Positions 27,794 through 37,622 of a stretch of DNA of 64,000 nucleotides are shown piece after piece. The position numbers and the translations under genes were made by a program. Origin of the DNA: Gammaproteobacteria bacterium (GTDB taxonomy: Bacteria; Pseudomonadota; Gammaproteobacteria; Eutrophobiales; Eutrophobiaceae); NCBI GenBank assembly GCA_965215365.1, contig CBDCDS010000003.1:768001-832000 (forward strand), in the 5' to 3' direction. Within the stretch, counting starts at the first letter, position 1, and every line of letters begins with the position of its first letter. The notes under the pieces were generated by a model, which did no database searches, was not told the DNA's origin, and worked only from the letters and a program-made list of their open reading frames with translations.

Positions 27794-28129
27794 GTGAAAA
27801 TCGATTTTCAGAACCGAAAACTTGAGAAAATATTTAATTCGACGGGAGATCTTCAAAAGCAATACGGGAAACGTATGGCGAGAACTATCATGAGACGCCT
27901 TGCTGTTCTAAAAGCTGCCGGTTCACTGGCATTGGTGCCAACAACTCCCCCTGAGAGGAGGCACCAGCTGGGGAGTGATCGAAAGGGGCAATACGCTGTC
28001 GATCTTATTCATCCGTACCGGCTGATTTTCAAACCGAACCACGAGCCTGTTCTGAGAAAGCAAGACGGTGGGATAGACACGGAACAAGTAACCGCAATCA
28101 CAATCATTGAAATAGTTGACTATCACTGA
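27794..28129 (+). CDS. higB: HigB/RelE-like toxin (killer protein family)
   Basis: M.I.F...KL.K.......L.K.YG, R.HQL..DRKGQYAVDL.HPYRLIF.P, I.I.EIVDYH. Confidence 0.88.
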   Translation: MKIDFQNRKLEKIFNSTGDLQKQYGKRMARTIMRRLAVLKAAGSLALVPTTPPERRHQLGSDRKGQYAVDLIHPYRLIFKPNHEPVLRKQDGGIDTEQVTAITIIEIVDYH

Positions 28130-28143
28130 CCGGAGATAGAGAT

Positions 28144-29229
28144 ATGCTGACGGCAACCAATCAATACACACCGGACTATACAGTGTCGCCGGGTGAGATC
28201 CTGAATGAGCGCATCGTCGCGCAAGGAATCTCGCAAGCCGAACTTGCCCGGCGTTGTGGTCACTCTGCAAAACTGATCAGCGAAATCATTAACGGTAAAG
28301 CACCGCTCAATCCACGTCTGGCACTGGAGTTTGAGAAGGTACTGAGTGTTGACGCCAGTATCTGGCTCAATATAGAAACGGATTACAGATTGTATATGGC
28401 CCGTAAAGCAGAAGCACGCGAAGCAGTTGATGCTGCCGCTTGGCTGGAGCAATTTCCGATAAGGGAACTTGTAAAGCGGGGAATTTTTGATAAACCGGAG
28501 TCGGATACAGATAAGATGTCAAAACTGCTTTCGTTCTTTGGAGTAGCTTCGATTAAGGCGTGGAGCATGAAGTATGGATTGGCTAATGTAGTTTATCGGC
28601 ACTCGCGGAGATTCGAGAGTGATCAGGCTGCTTTAGCAACATGGCTTCGACTTGGAGAGCTGGACGCTGAAGGACAGGAGTGTGTTGATTACAACGAGAC
28701 AAAGTTCAAGCGCTCGCTCAAGAAAATCCGGAGACAGACGCGTGCACCAATAGAAGATGCACTAATGCAGGCAATGCATCTCTGTAATGAGGCAGGAGTC
28801 GCGCTTACTCTTGTTAAACCATTACCTAAAATTGCACTTAGTGGCGCCGCCTGGTGGCTTTCCCCTAAAAAAGCTATGATACAACTCAGCGCGCGCCATA
28901 AGACAGATGACCACCTCTGGTTCAGCCTGTTCCACGAAGCGGCTCACCTTCTCCTCCACAGTAAAAAGACCATTTTCACAGACTCCAGAAATGGTGGGAG
29001 TACAGAGATCGAAGTAGAAGCAGACAACTGGGCATCAAATAAACTCATTCCACGTTCGAACTGGAATCGTTTTATCGCGACTTCTCTGTTCAGCAAGACA
29101 GCAATTCAATCTTTTGCGGAGGAACAAGGTATTGCCCCTGGCATAGTTGTGGGTGCGCTTCAACATGAAGGATATATTCCCTGGTCTCATATGAATGGTT
29201 TGAAGGTACGACTGGAATGGAAGCAATAA
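28144..29229 (+). CDS. higA: HigA antitoxin fused to an ImmA/IrrE metallopeptidase domain
   Basis: PGEIL.E...SQAELARR..EII.GKA HTH; WFSLFHEAAHLLLH (HExxH), E.EAD.WA. Confidence 0.9.
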   Translation: MLTATNQYTPDYTVSPGEILNERIVAQGISQAELARRCGHSAKLISEIINGKAPLNPRLALEFEKVLSVDASIWLNIETDYRLYMARKAEAREAVDAAAWLEQFPIRELVKRGIFDKPESDTDKMSKLLSFFGVASIKAWSMKYGLANVVYRHSRRFESDQAALATWLRLGELDAEGQECVDYNETKFKRSLKKIRRQTRAPIEDALMQAMHLCNEAGVALTLVKPLPKIALSGAAWWLSPKKAMIQLSARHKTDDHLWFSLFHEAAHLLLHSKKTIFTDSRNGGSTEIEVEADNWASNKLIPRSNWNRFIATSLFSKTAIQSFAEEQGIAPGIVVGALQHEGYIPWSHMNGLKVRLEWKQ

Positions 29230-29238
29230 ATAAAAATA

Positions 29239-29265
29239 TCTGTATCAGATATCATCTGATACAGA
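29239..29265. terminator. 12-bp perfect hairpin just after higA
   Basis: TCTGTATCAGAT-atc-ATCTGATACAGA; no U-tract on the + strand. Confidence 0.35.
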
Positions 29266-29337
29266 GGTATCTTGTAGTTAAACAGCCGTTTTGATGATAC
29301 CGTTACGGTCGTTTACAAATCACACGCGGGGAAACAC

Positions 29338-30177
29338 ATGGCCGGGTTTGTATTGGATTATTCACGTTATTGCGTGCCGACGGAGGGTCACTTTGCACTG
29401 ACTGATATCGACCCGGGAGACAGTCAGGGCCTGGTGCGGGAACGGGATGGGGCGCAGGTGAAGGCGCGATTGGCCGAGGTTCAGGTGCGGCTTGACGAGT
29501 TGCAGCATCGGTTATTTGCCGAGTCCAAACAGGCGTTGTTGCTGGTGTTGCAGGCCATGGATACCGCCGGCAAGGATAATACTATCCGCCGCGTGATGGC
29601 GCCGCTGAATCCCATGGCCTGTCGGGTGACGAACTTCAAGTCACCGAGCGGCGCCGAACGGGCGCGGGATTTTCTCTGGCGCGTGCACTCGCACGTGCCG
29701 CGCAAGGGCTCTATCGGTGTGTTCAACCGCTCCCATTATGAAGATGTGCTCATCGCCCGCGTGCACGGTCTGGCCCCGCTCGAACTGGTTGAAAAACGTT
29801 ACGACCATATCAATGACTTTGAAAGGATGTTGACCGACCACAGCACCCGCATCGTCAAGGTGATGCTGCACATCTCCAAGGAGTACCAGTTAAAACGGCT
29901 ACAGCGGCGGCTGCAGCGGGCGGACAAACACTGGAAATTCCTGCCGGATGACTTACGCGACCGGGAACGCTGGGACGATTACATGGCAGCCTACGACATT
30001 ATGCTGCAACGCTGCTCCACGCCTTATGCGCCCTGGTATGTCATTCCCGCAGAAAACCGCTGGTTGCGCAACCTGATTATCAGCCAACTGCTGCTCGATA
30101 ACCTAGAAGACATGAACCCGCAATTTCCTGCGCCGCAGTTCGACCCGGCGGACTATCCGCCCGAAACAATTACTTGA
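29338..30177 (+). CDS. ppk2: Polyphosphate kinase 2 family (class III-like)
   Basis: LQAMDTAGKD, FK.PS..E, FNRSHYEDVL, APWYVIPA. Confidence 0.92.
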   Translation: MAGFVLDYSRYCVPTEGHFALTDIDPGDSQGLVRERDGAQVKARLAEVQVRLDELQHRLFAESKQALLLVLQAMDTAGKDNTIRRVMAPLNPMACRVTNFKSPSGAERARDFLWRVHSHVPRKGSIGVFNRSHYEDVLIARVHGLAPLELVEKRYDHINDFERMLTDHSTRIVKVMLHISKEYQLKRLQRRLQRADKHWKFLPDDLRDRERWDDYMAAYDIMLQRCSTPYAPWYVIPAENRWLRNLIISQLLLDNLEDMNPQFPAPQFDPADYPPETIT

Positions 30178-31048
30178 CAAATTGAGTTCCGACTCCGGTG
30201 TCGGTGAGGATCTCGTTAATGAAGGAATCGGCGTCGCCGCGAATGATATGAGACTTGCTGACGCCGTGTTGCAGGGGTTGCAGGCAAGCCTGTACCTTGG
30301 GAATCATACCACCGTGGATGACCCCCGTTTTGATCAGCGCCTCGGCCTGCTGCTCGGTGAGGGTCGGCAACAACACGCCGTCGGCATCTTGCACGCCGTC
30401 CTCGTCGGTCATCAGGATCAGTTTTTCCGCCCGCATCGCCCCGGCAATGGCGCTGGCGACTTCATCGGCGTTGACATTGTAACCGGGCTCACCATCTTCC
30501 AGCCCCGAGGTAATCGCGGTAACGATGGGCACAGCTGCGGCAGGCTGTTGCGCCAAGGAGGCAGCATCCACGCGCACCGGTTCGCCCACATAACCGAGTT
30601 CGGCCTGCTTTTGTCGGGAACGCACCAGGCCACTGGTTCTGTCAAAGATAACGCCCTGGTAGCCGCGGTGCGCCACCGCATCCCGCACCATGCGGCTGAT
30701 CTCCAGGAACACTTCGTTGGCCAGTTCCAGCACCTCCCGGGAAGTGACCCGCAGTCCGTTCTGCTTACTCGGCTGCAGGCCCAGCGCCTGCATGCGCCGG
30801 TCCAGTTGGCGGGCGCCGCCATGCACTAAAATGACGTTAATGTCCAAGCGTTTCAGGAATGCAACATCACTGACCAGCGCCGGGATTAAACGCTCATCCT
30901 GCAGGATCGAGCCGCCTATCTTGAGTACGAACTTCTTACCCTGAAAGGCCTCCAGGTAAGGAATGGCCTGCCGCAGGGCGTTCCCGTCAAAGTCATGTTG
31001 TTCGGCAAGTTTCCTGGCCGTTTCCAATAGGACGAGCTTGTAGGGCAT
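30170..31048 (-). CDS. argB: Acetylglutamate kinase
   Basis: VLKIGG, VHGG, GLRVT, LGYVGEP, YNVNAD, GGMIPKV. Confidence 0.92.
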   Translation of the reverse strand: MPYKLVLLETARKLAEQHDFDGNALRQAIPYLEAFQGKKFVLKIGGSILQDERLIPALVSDVAFLKRLDINVILVHGGARQLDRRMQALGLQPSKQNGLRVTSREVLELANEVFLEISRMVRDAVAHRGYQGVIFDRTSGLVRSRQKQAELGYVGEPVRVDAASLAQQPAAAVPIVTAITSGLEDGEPGYNVNADEVASAIAGAMRAEKLILMTDEDGVQDADGVLLPTLTEQQAEALIKTGVIHGGMIPKVQACLQPLQHGVSKSHIIRGDADSFINEILTDTGVGTQFVK

Positions 31049-31198
31049 GATAGGGCAAAGAGGGTTAATGCTGAAGGTTTGTACGAGGCCATACTACCGG
31101 GCGAGAGCGGGAATGACAAGCGCAGTGCAGAGTCGGCATTTGGCGGGAATGGCTGAGCAGGGAAACAGGAATGACAAATTGAATGATAAAATAGCCGC

Positions 31199-32206
31199 AT
31201 GAAAAAAGCCTTGTTTATTACGCTGGCACTCGGGATCGCCGCCATGCTGGGCTACCTGGTCGCCAGGGACAACGAGTCGGGAAGGCGCGCAACCGTCATG
31301 TCTTCGGCAGACTGCAGCACGACCTCCGAACACGATGGCATGGTCTGGATCGAAGGCGGCGTTTATACCGGCGGCGCAACCGGTTTCTACACGGAGGAAA
31401 GCCCGCTACGAGAAGTGCAGGTCGAGGGCTTCTGGATCGACCGGTTTGAAGTCACCAACGCCCGCTTCGCCGAGTTTGTGGCCGCCACCGGCTACGTCAC
31501 CGTGGCAGAGCGCCCACTGCAACCGGCGGATTTCCCCGGCATCGATCCGGCCTTGCTGCAAGCCGGGTCGGTCGTGTTCACCATGCCGACGGCCGCGGAC
31601 GGCAAGCTGACCCAGTGGTGGCGCTTCGTCCCCGGCGCGCATTGGCGCCAGCCCGCCGGGCCGGGCAGTTCCATCGAAGGTCTGGAGCAACATCCGGTCG
31701 TGCATGTCACCCACGAGGATGCGCAGGCTTTCGCCGAGTGGCATGGCCATGACCTGCCCACGGAGGCGCAATGGGAGTACGCGGCGCGGGGCGGCCTGGA
31801 GCAGGCCGTGTATGCCTGGGGCGATGAATTTCTGGTTGCGGGCAAGCACCAGGCCAATACCTGGCAGGGGATGTTCCCGCTGCTGAACGAGCGGGAAGAC
31901 GGCTACACCGGCAGCGCCCCGGTCGGTTGCTTCCCCGCCAACGGCTACGGCCTGCATGACATGATCGGCAACGTGTGGGAATGGGTCGATGACTGGTATT
32001 ACCCGGTTTACGGCACGCTGGAAGAGGGCGGCCACGACCCGCGCCAGCCGGGCTTGCCGGTTAAGGTCATCAAGGGCGGCTCCTACCTGTGCGCGGAGAA
32101 TTACTGCCGGCGTTACCGTCCTGCGGCCAGACATGCACAGGAAGCCACCTTAGGGGCTGCGCACATCGGCTTTCGAACTGTTAAAAACGCAGACAATTCC
32201 CGATAA
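31199..32206 (+). CDS. Formylglycine-generating enzyme (FGE-sulfatase) family protein
   Basis: EVTN..F..FV.ATGY, HPVVHV, LPTEAQWEYAARGG, GNVWEW, KGGSYLC..NYC.RYRPAAR, HIGFR. Confidence 0.92.
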   Translation: MKKALFITLALGIAAMLGYLVARDNESGRRATVMSSADCSTTSEHDGMVWIEGGVYTGGATGFYTEESPLREVQVEGFWIDRFEVTNARFAEFVAATGYVTVAERPLQPADFPGIDPALLQAGSVVFTMPTAADGKLTQWWRFVPGAHWRQPAGPGSSIEGLEQHPVVHVTHEDAQAFAEWHGHDLPTEAQWEYAARGGLEQAVYAWGDEFLVAGKHQANTWQGMFPLLNEREDGYTGSAPVGCFPANGYGLHDMIGNVWEWVDDWYYPVYGTLEEGGHDPRQPGLPVKVIKGGSYLCAENYCRRYRPAARHAQEATLGAAHIGFRTVKNADNSR

Positions 32207-32213
32207 TCGCGGG

Positions 32214-33524
32214 TTAACCCGGCTCCAACTGTGGCGCGCGTAGCAGGTAAATGGCGACACAGGCCAGCAGCAGGGGCACTGCGAACACGATAAAATTGAC
32301 GCTGGTGGAATAGCCCATATTGATCAATACGCCGCCCAGGTAGGGACCCATAATGGCGCCGGTGCGGCCGGCGCCGATGCTCCAGCCGACGCCGGTGGTG
32401 CGGATTGCCGTGGGATACAGGCGCGCCGCCGAGATATAAAAACCCACAAACCCGCCCAATACACAAAAACCGAGCACGAACGCCAACGCCAGCAACAGGC
32501 CCACCTGTGCCGGCGCAAACCCGAATGCCACCATGGAAATAATACCGCCGATAAAAAAGACGATGATCAACGGCCGCACTCCCAGTCGGTCGGACAAATA
32601 CCCCAGGATGGCGCCGCCTAAGAAAGCTCCGAAATTCAACGCGGTACCGATGTAAATACCCTTGTCCACCGCCAGACCCGCATCAACGGTAATCTTGGGC
32701 ACCCAACTGAACAGGAAATACAGAGTCAGGAACGCCATAAAAAAACCGCACCATAACAGCAGGGTCCAGTTTCTGTACTCGGGGGTCAACAGGCGCTTGA
32801 CGGACGGTTTTGCGGCGGCGGCCAGGGTCTCCGGCAGCTCCCGCAACAGCGGCCAGCCCATACGGACCAGTATCCGGTTCATCTTATCCAGCGCCCCCGC
32901 CGGGCGCCTGGAAGAAAGGAACTCCAGGGATTCCGGCAGGAACAACCAGGTGAGGATAACTCCGGCCAGCGACAGCAGGCCGCCACAATAAAATACCGCC
33001 GACCACCCATGAGACTGGATTAACCAGACCGCAACAAAGCCGCCGACCGTGGCGCCTAACGGGTAGCCCACCTGCATAAAGCCCACCGCTAAGTTGCGCT
33101 TCCTGGCCGGGGTGTATTCCGCCACCAGGCTGGTGAGGCTGGCCAGAATGCTGCCGATGCCAAGGCCGGTGATCATCCTCATAATAATCATCTGGGTGGC
33201 ATTGGTCGTCAGGCCGGTCAACGCCATGCTGAAGGCAATGGTAGTCAGCGACAACAGAATCATCGCCCGCCGCCCGATCACGTCCGTATAAGGGGCGATA
33301 AACGCTGCGCCCAAAGTCATGCCCACCAGTCCGGCGCTGAAAATGATGCCCAGCATGTACGGCGTCAGTTGCCATTCCTGAGAGATAGTGGGCGCGGTGA
33401 AAGCAATGGCCAGTACGTCAAAGCCGTCCAGCATGTTCAGGGCGAAGCATATCAGCACCACCCGCAGTTGCAGGCCACTGACGGGGCGCTCATCAATAAG
33501 CTGACCGATGGTTGTTGCAGACAT
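32214..33524 (-). CDS. Aromatic acid:H+ symporter family MFS transporter
   Basis: LDGFD, D..GRR, AEYTP, LPES, YPT.IR.TGVGW..GAGR.GAI.GP. Confidence 0.88.
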   Translation of the reverse strand: MSATTIGQLIDERPVSGLQLRVVLICFALNMLDGFDVLAIAFTAPTISQEWQLTPYMLGIIFSAGLVGMTLGAAFIAPYTDVIGRRAMILLSLTTIAFSMALTGLTTNATQMIIMRMITGLGIGSILASLTSLVAEYTPARKRNLAVGFMQVGYPLGATVGGFVAVWLIQSHGWSAVFYCGGLLSLAGVILTWLFLPESLEFLSSRRPAGALDKMNRILVRMGWPLLRELPETLAAAAKPSVKRLLTPEYRNWTLLLWCGFFMAFLTLYFLFSWVPKITVDAGLAVDKGIYIGTALNFGAFLGGAILGYLSDRLGVRPLIIVFFIGGIISMVAFGFAPAQVGLLLALAFVLGFCVLGGFVGFYISAARLYPTAIRTTGVGWSIGAGRTGAIMGPYLGGVLINMGYSTSVNFIVFAVPLLLACVAIYLLRAPQLEPG

Positions 33525-33645
33525 GGTATTATGGTAACTCTAATTTTTAGAGGCACCCTTATTACTTTATTTCTTCATTCCTGTGCAAGCAGGAATCCAG
33601 TGGAAAAACGTCCCGAAGGGACTCCGTACAGGTAGAATGTTGCGT

Positions 33646-34173
33646 ATGATCAGAACGTTCGAGGGTATCACACCTGTTATAGCTGCATCCACTTATATTG
33701 ACGAGCTGGCCGTGGTGATCGGCAACGTCAGTATCGGCGAGGATTCCTCGGTCTGGCCGGCGGCCGTCATTCGCGGGGATGTCAACACCATCACCATCGG
33801 CAGCCGCACCAGCATTCAGGACGGCTCGGTGCTGCACGTCAATCATGACGATGCAGACAACCCCGGCGGCGACCCGCTGCATGTCGGCAGCAACGTTACC
33901 GTAGGCCATAAGGTTATGCTGCACGGCTGCACCATCCACGATCGCTGTCTGATCGGCATGTCTTCGACCATTCTGGACAAGGCCGTAATTGAATCCAATA
34001 CCATGCTCGGCGCCGGCAGTCTGGTGGCGCCGGGCAAGGTGCTGGCAAGCGGTTATCTCTATGTCGGCACGCCGGCGCGCCAGATACGCAAATTAACCGA
34101 CGCAGAACTGGCTTACCTGGACCTCTCTGCGGAACATTATGTCAGGATAAAAGCCAGACACATGGAAACCTGA
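33646..34173 (+). CDS. Gamma carbonic anhydrase family (YrdA)
   Basis: VIRGDVN.I.IG..T.IQDG..LH, VTVGH..MLHGC.I. Confidence 0.92.
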   Translation: MIRTFEGITPVIAASTYIDELAVVIGNVSIGEDSSVWPAAVIRGDVNTITIGSRTSIQDGSVLHVNHDDADNPGGDPLHVGSNVTVGHKVMLHGCTIHDRCLIGMSSTILDKAVIESNTMLGAGSLVAPGKVLASGYLYVGTPARQIRKLTDAELAYLDLSAEHYVRIKARHMET

Positions 34174-34213
34174 CCTACACTGACGCCCCACTGAGACACT
34201 CTTTGATATTGCC

Positions 34214-35581
34214 ATGAACCTTGCCGAACGTAAACTTATTGACTTGCAGTCTTATATCGCCTTGCTGGAACAGCACAACCACTTGGTACGTGTAAAAAGT
34301 GAGGTGGACCCCGTGTTCGAACTGGCCGGTATCGCCAAACAATTTGAGGGCGGCAAGGCGCTGCTGTTCGAAAATGTCAAGGGCAGTGACTTCCCGGCGC
34401 TGACCGGGTTGTACTGGAACCGTAATTTCATGGCGAAGTTTTTTCAGACTACCAGCGTCAGGCTGCCCTTCGTGCTGGCTGATGATATCCGGGCCTGGCG
34501 CAAGCACCCCATTGAACCCGTGATAGTACAACAAGGGCCGGCCAATGAGGTGGTTGAGACCGATCCTGACTTGCATACCCTGCCAATTCCCCACCACGCC
34601 GAAGGCGACGGCGGGCGCTACCTGACTTCTAGCGTGGTCATCGCCAAGGACCCGGACACGGGAGTGCGCAACCTGTCCATTCACCGCATGATGGTCACCG
34701 GCAAAAACCGCTGCACCCTGTTACTGGAAGAACTGGGCCACCTGATGGACTACTTCAAACGGGCCGAAGCCAGGGGGCAAGCGCTGGAGCTCACCGTCAA
34801 CAACGGCGCCGATTATGCCCTGACCATGGCCGCAGCATCACCCGCCTCCGCTGCGCCCATGGACTTGGATGAGATCGGCATCGCCTGTCAGATGCACGGC
34901 GCGCCGGTGCGCTTGATTGAAGCCCAAACCGTGGCCGTAGAGGCCTGGGCCGACGCGCAGTTCGTCATAGAAGGGAGAATACTCCCCAATGTAAGAGAGC
35001 CGGAAGGCCCCTACGCCGAGGTCACCGGCTACTACGCCGCCATGGCTCCACGCTGGGTGTTTGAGGTGACCGCCATCACCCGGCGGCGGGAACCGATCTT
35101 CCATTCCATCCTGTCCGGCAAGGAGGTGTATAACGCCTATGGCCTCAGCGCCGGCGCCGGCGCGTTCGACAAGATCCATAGTCTGGTGCCGGAGGTGACC
35201 GCGGTGCACTTCTCCGACGGCAGTGTGCCCTACCATCTGGTCGTGCAGATAGACAAGAAACACGAAGGCAGCCAGCGCAACGCCATCATGGCCGCGTTTG
35301 TCTCCCTGGCGTTCGTAAAAACTGTCACCGTGGTGGACACGGATGTGGATATCTACAGCCTCGCCGATGTGGACTGGGCCGTGCAGACTCGCTGCCGCTT
35401 CGATAAGGACCTGCTGCCGATACCCGACGGCATCGGCCATCGCCTCAACCCCATGGTGGAAGACGACAAATGGACGCGCCTGGGCATTGACGCCACTGTG
35501 CCGTTGCCGCGGCAGGACAAGTACCACCGAGCCACCATGTGCGCGGTGAACCTGGACGATTTTGATATGGAAGGGGCGTGA
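34214..35581 (+). CDS. UbiD family prFMN-dependent decarboxylase
   Basis: LFENVKG, DGGRY, N.SIHR, EPEGPYAE.TGYY, VVD.DVDI, WA..TR, GIDAT.P. Confidence 0.9.
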   Translation: MNLAERKLIDLQSYIALLEQHNHLVRVKSEVDPVFELAGIAKQFEGGKALLFENVKGSDFPALTGLYWNRNFMAKFFQTTSVRLPFVLADDIRAWRKHPIEPVIVQQGPANEVVETDPDLHTLPIPHHAEGDGGRYLTSSVVIAKDPDTGVRNLSIHRMMVTGKNRCTLLLEELGHLMDYFKRAEARGQALELTVNNGADYALTMAAASPASAAPMDLDEIGIACQMHGAPVRLIEAQTVAVEAWADAQFVIEGRILPNVREPEGPYAEVTGYYAAMAPRWVFEVTAITRRREPIFHSILSGKEVYNAYGLSAGAGAFDKIHSLVPEVTAVHFSDGSVPYHLVVQIDKKHEGSQRNAIMAAFVSLAFVKTVTVVDTDVDIYSLADVDWAVQTRCRFDKDLLPIPDGIGHRLNPMVEDDKWTRLGIDATVPLPRQDKYHRATMCAVNLDDFDMEGA

Positions 35582-35707
35582 GATTTGAACTGCGATACGG
35601 TTGCAATACGTCGCGTAGGCCGCCATGTCATCTAGCTCCGGGAAGCTTCGCGAATTCATGCGAGTTGAGGAGCTCGAACTCGATAATTGGGTCAGTGAAT
35701 AAAAGAA

Positions 35708-36976
35708 ATGATTGCTAGGGGTGTTTTCGTTGTTGTTCTTTTGGTTGTCAATGGCGCTCAGGGTCATCCCGGGCGAACCGATGCGGACGGTTGTCACGCC
35801 GGCGCTGAGTCCTATCACTGTCATGATGAAATTATTGAATCCGGTGGTGGAAATATGAATATGTTTGCCGATGCTTTGGTCGATCCTGTTACACTGGTTG
35901 TTGCTTTTTTCATTGTAGTTTTGTTCGTTATCGGGTTGTTTTGGCAGCCGTTGCGAGAATCTGCGCCTGGGTTGCTGACCTCGTTGGGTATATTTGGCAC
36001 CTTCTTGGGAACGTTTATAGCCCTGTCTGGCTTTGATCCGTCCAGTGATATGAGCGATAGCGTCAATAATTTGCTTGGTGGGATGAAAATTGCTTTCGCT
36101 ACCAGTTTGCTCGGGATATTGGCCTCGATTGTTTTTAAGGTAATTGCTTCATTTCGGTTCAAGGAAGATGAACTGACTGAGAGTGAAGCGGTGTATCCGA
36201 TGGAAACGGTGCGTTTGCTCAACGAGATTAAGGAACATCTGGCGGTGACAAATTCAGGGCAACTGGAGTCGATTCGCAAGGCGTTGGTGGGGGATGAAAC
36301 CGAATACACCTTGTTGGGTCAGCATGCGCATGAACTTAAATGGCTTGAAAGCATAGAAGGGATGATGGCAAATACGCGGGATCTAATCGGTCAGGAAGGT
36401 GATCGGGGGGTACATAATCTGATTTTTGAATTGGCTGAGATGCGGTGGGCTTTAATTGGCGTTGAGCGAAGCAGTAAAAATTCGGATGAAGATGCTGGCT
36501 ACAATATTTATGACGTGTTGGAAAAGTTGGTTAAGAGTCAAAGTGAGTTGCTGGAAAAAACCGATACCCGGTTAGATAATCAAAGTAAGTTTATTGATAA
36601 TCAGGGTAAGTTGGTTGAGTCATTGACTGAACTCAGGCGGTGGCTTATTGAAAGCCAGCATCAATACACCGATGCGTTAGATAAAATTGCTTTGCAGTCT
36701 AATCAAGAGGATTCTGTTGACACCCGAGTTAAGTCCGTCGATCTTTTGAATGAAATCAGGCGGGTTAATTTGTTGTTGTCTAAATTTGACGCTAAAAAAA
36801 TTAATTCTTTAGTTGAGTCGGTTGATAAACTTATCCATCTTCAAAGTTCAGCTCATCAGCCGAAGAAAGGTGGTGCGACGTTAGAGGATATGCGGAATAT
36901 TATCAAAGAGCAATTGGCGCAAGTGGGTCAAACAACAGGTAATAAACAGAACGGCGGGAATGAAAAAAAAGACTGA
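35708..36976 (+). CDS. ZorA-like (MotA/ExbB fold) protein with N-terminal signal peptide and YHYH motif
   Basis: APGLLTSLGIFGTFLG and LLGGMKIAFATSLLG match type II ZorA TM2/TM3; long helical tail; HPGRTDADGCH...YHCH at the N-terminus. Confidence 0.78.
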   Translation: MIARGVFVVVLLVVNGAQGHPGRTDADGCHAGAESYHCHDEIIESGGGNMNMFADALVDPVTLVVAFFIVVLFVIGLFWQPLRESAPGLLTSLGIFGTFLGTFIALSGFDPSSDMSDSVNNLLGGMKIAFATSLLGILASIVFKVIASFRFKEDELTESEAVYPMETVRLLNEIKEHLAVTNSGQLESIRKALVGDETEYTLLGQHAHELKWLESIEGMMANTRDLIGQEGDRGVHNLIFELAEMRWALIGVERSSKNSDEDAGYNIYDVLEKLVKSQSELLEKTDTRLDNQSKFIDNQGKLVESLTELRRWLIESQHQYTDALDKIALQSNQEDSVDTRVKSVDLLNEIRRVNLLLSKFDAKKINSLVESVDKLIHLQSSAHQPKKGGATLEDMRNIIKEQLAQVGQTTGNKQNGGNEKKD

Positions 36977-37622
36977 TGAGCAATGGGCGCCGGTGTCGGA
37001 TTTAATGGCCGTCCTAATGTTAATTTTCATGTTTATATCGTTGTTGACAGTGCGGCATGTGATCGATGAGCGAGAAATCAATGAGTTGGAATGTAATAAG
37101 ATTTATGATTCTTTGGTGGCTGAATTCGATCAGGATTTTGAAAAATGGGATATTGCTTTGTTAGACGACCTGACGATTCGTTTTAATAACCCGGAATTGC
37201 TGTTCAAATCGAATGAAAGTCGTATCAGCCCCCGTTTTGCAATCATTCTACAGGACTTTTTCCCGCGTTATCTGGCGGTTATCCTGCAAGATAAATACCG
37301 CTCTGATATTCGTAAAATACGGATAGAGGGTCATACGTCGTCGGAATGGAAGGACGCAGTGAATGAAAAAGATGCTTATTTTTTGAATATGCAACTTTCA
37401 CAAGCTCGTACCTGGAATATCCTGCGCTACATTATGACATTGCCGACCAGTGTGTATTATTTTGATTGGGCTAAAAAATATGTCAGTGCAGACGGGATGT
37501 CATCGAGTGATCCGATTTTAACCAGTGATGGGATTGAAAATAAAGAACGTTCGCGGCGGGTTGATTTTCGTCTTATTACCACATCGTGCCGGAGGGCCGG
37601 AGTCTATGAGCAATCTATCTGA
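36960..37622 (+). CDS. ZorB-like (MotB/OmpA) protein, type II Zorya-like
   Basis: W..VSDLMAVLM.IFMFIS, IL.DFFPRYL, IRIEGHTSSEW, AYF.NM.LSQ.RT, SRRV.F. Confidence 0.88.
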   Translation: MKKKTDEQWAPVSDLMAVLMLIFMFISLLTVRHVIDEREINELECNKIYDSLVAEFDQDFEKWDIALLDDLTIRFNNPELLFKSNESRISPRFAIILQDFFPRYLAVILQDKYRSDIRKIRIEGHTSSEWKDAVNEKDAYFLNMQLSQARTWNILRYIMTLPTSVYYFDWAKKYVSADGMSSSDPILTSDGIENKERSRRVDFRLITTSCRRAGVYEQSI

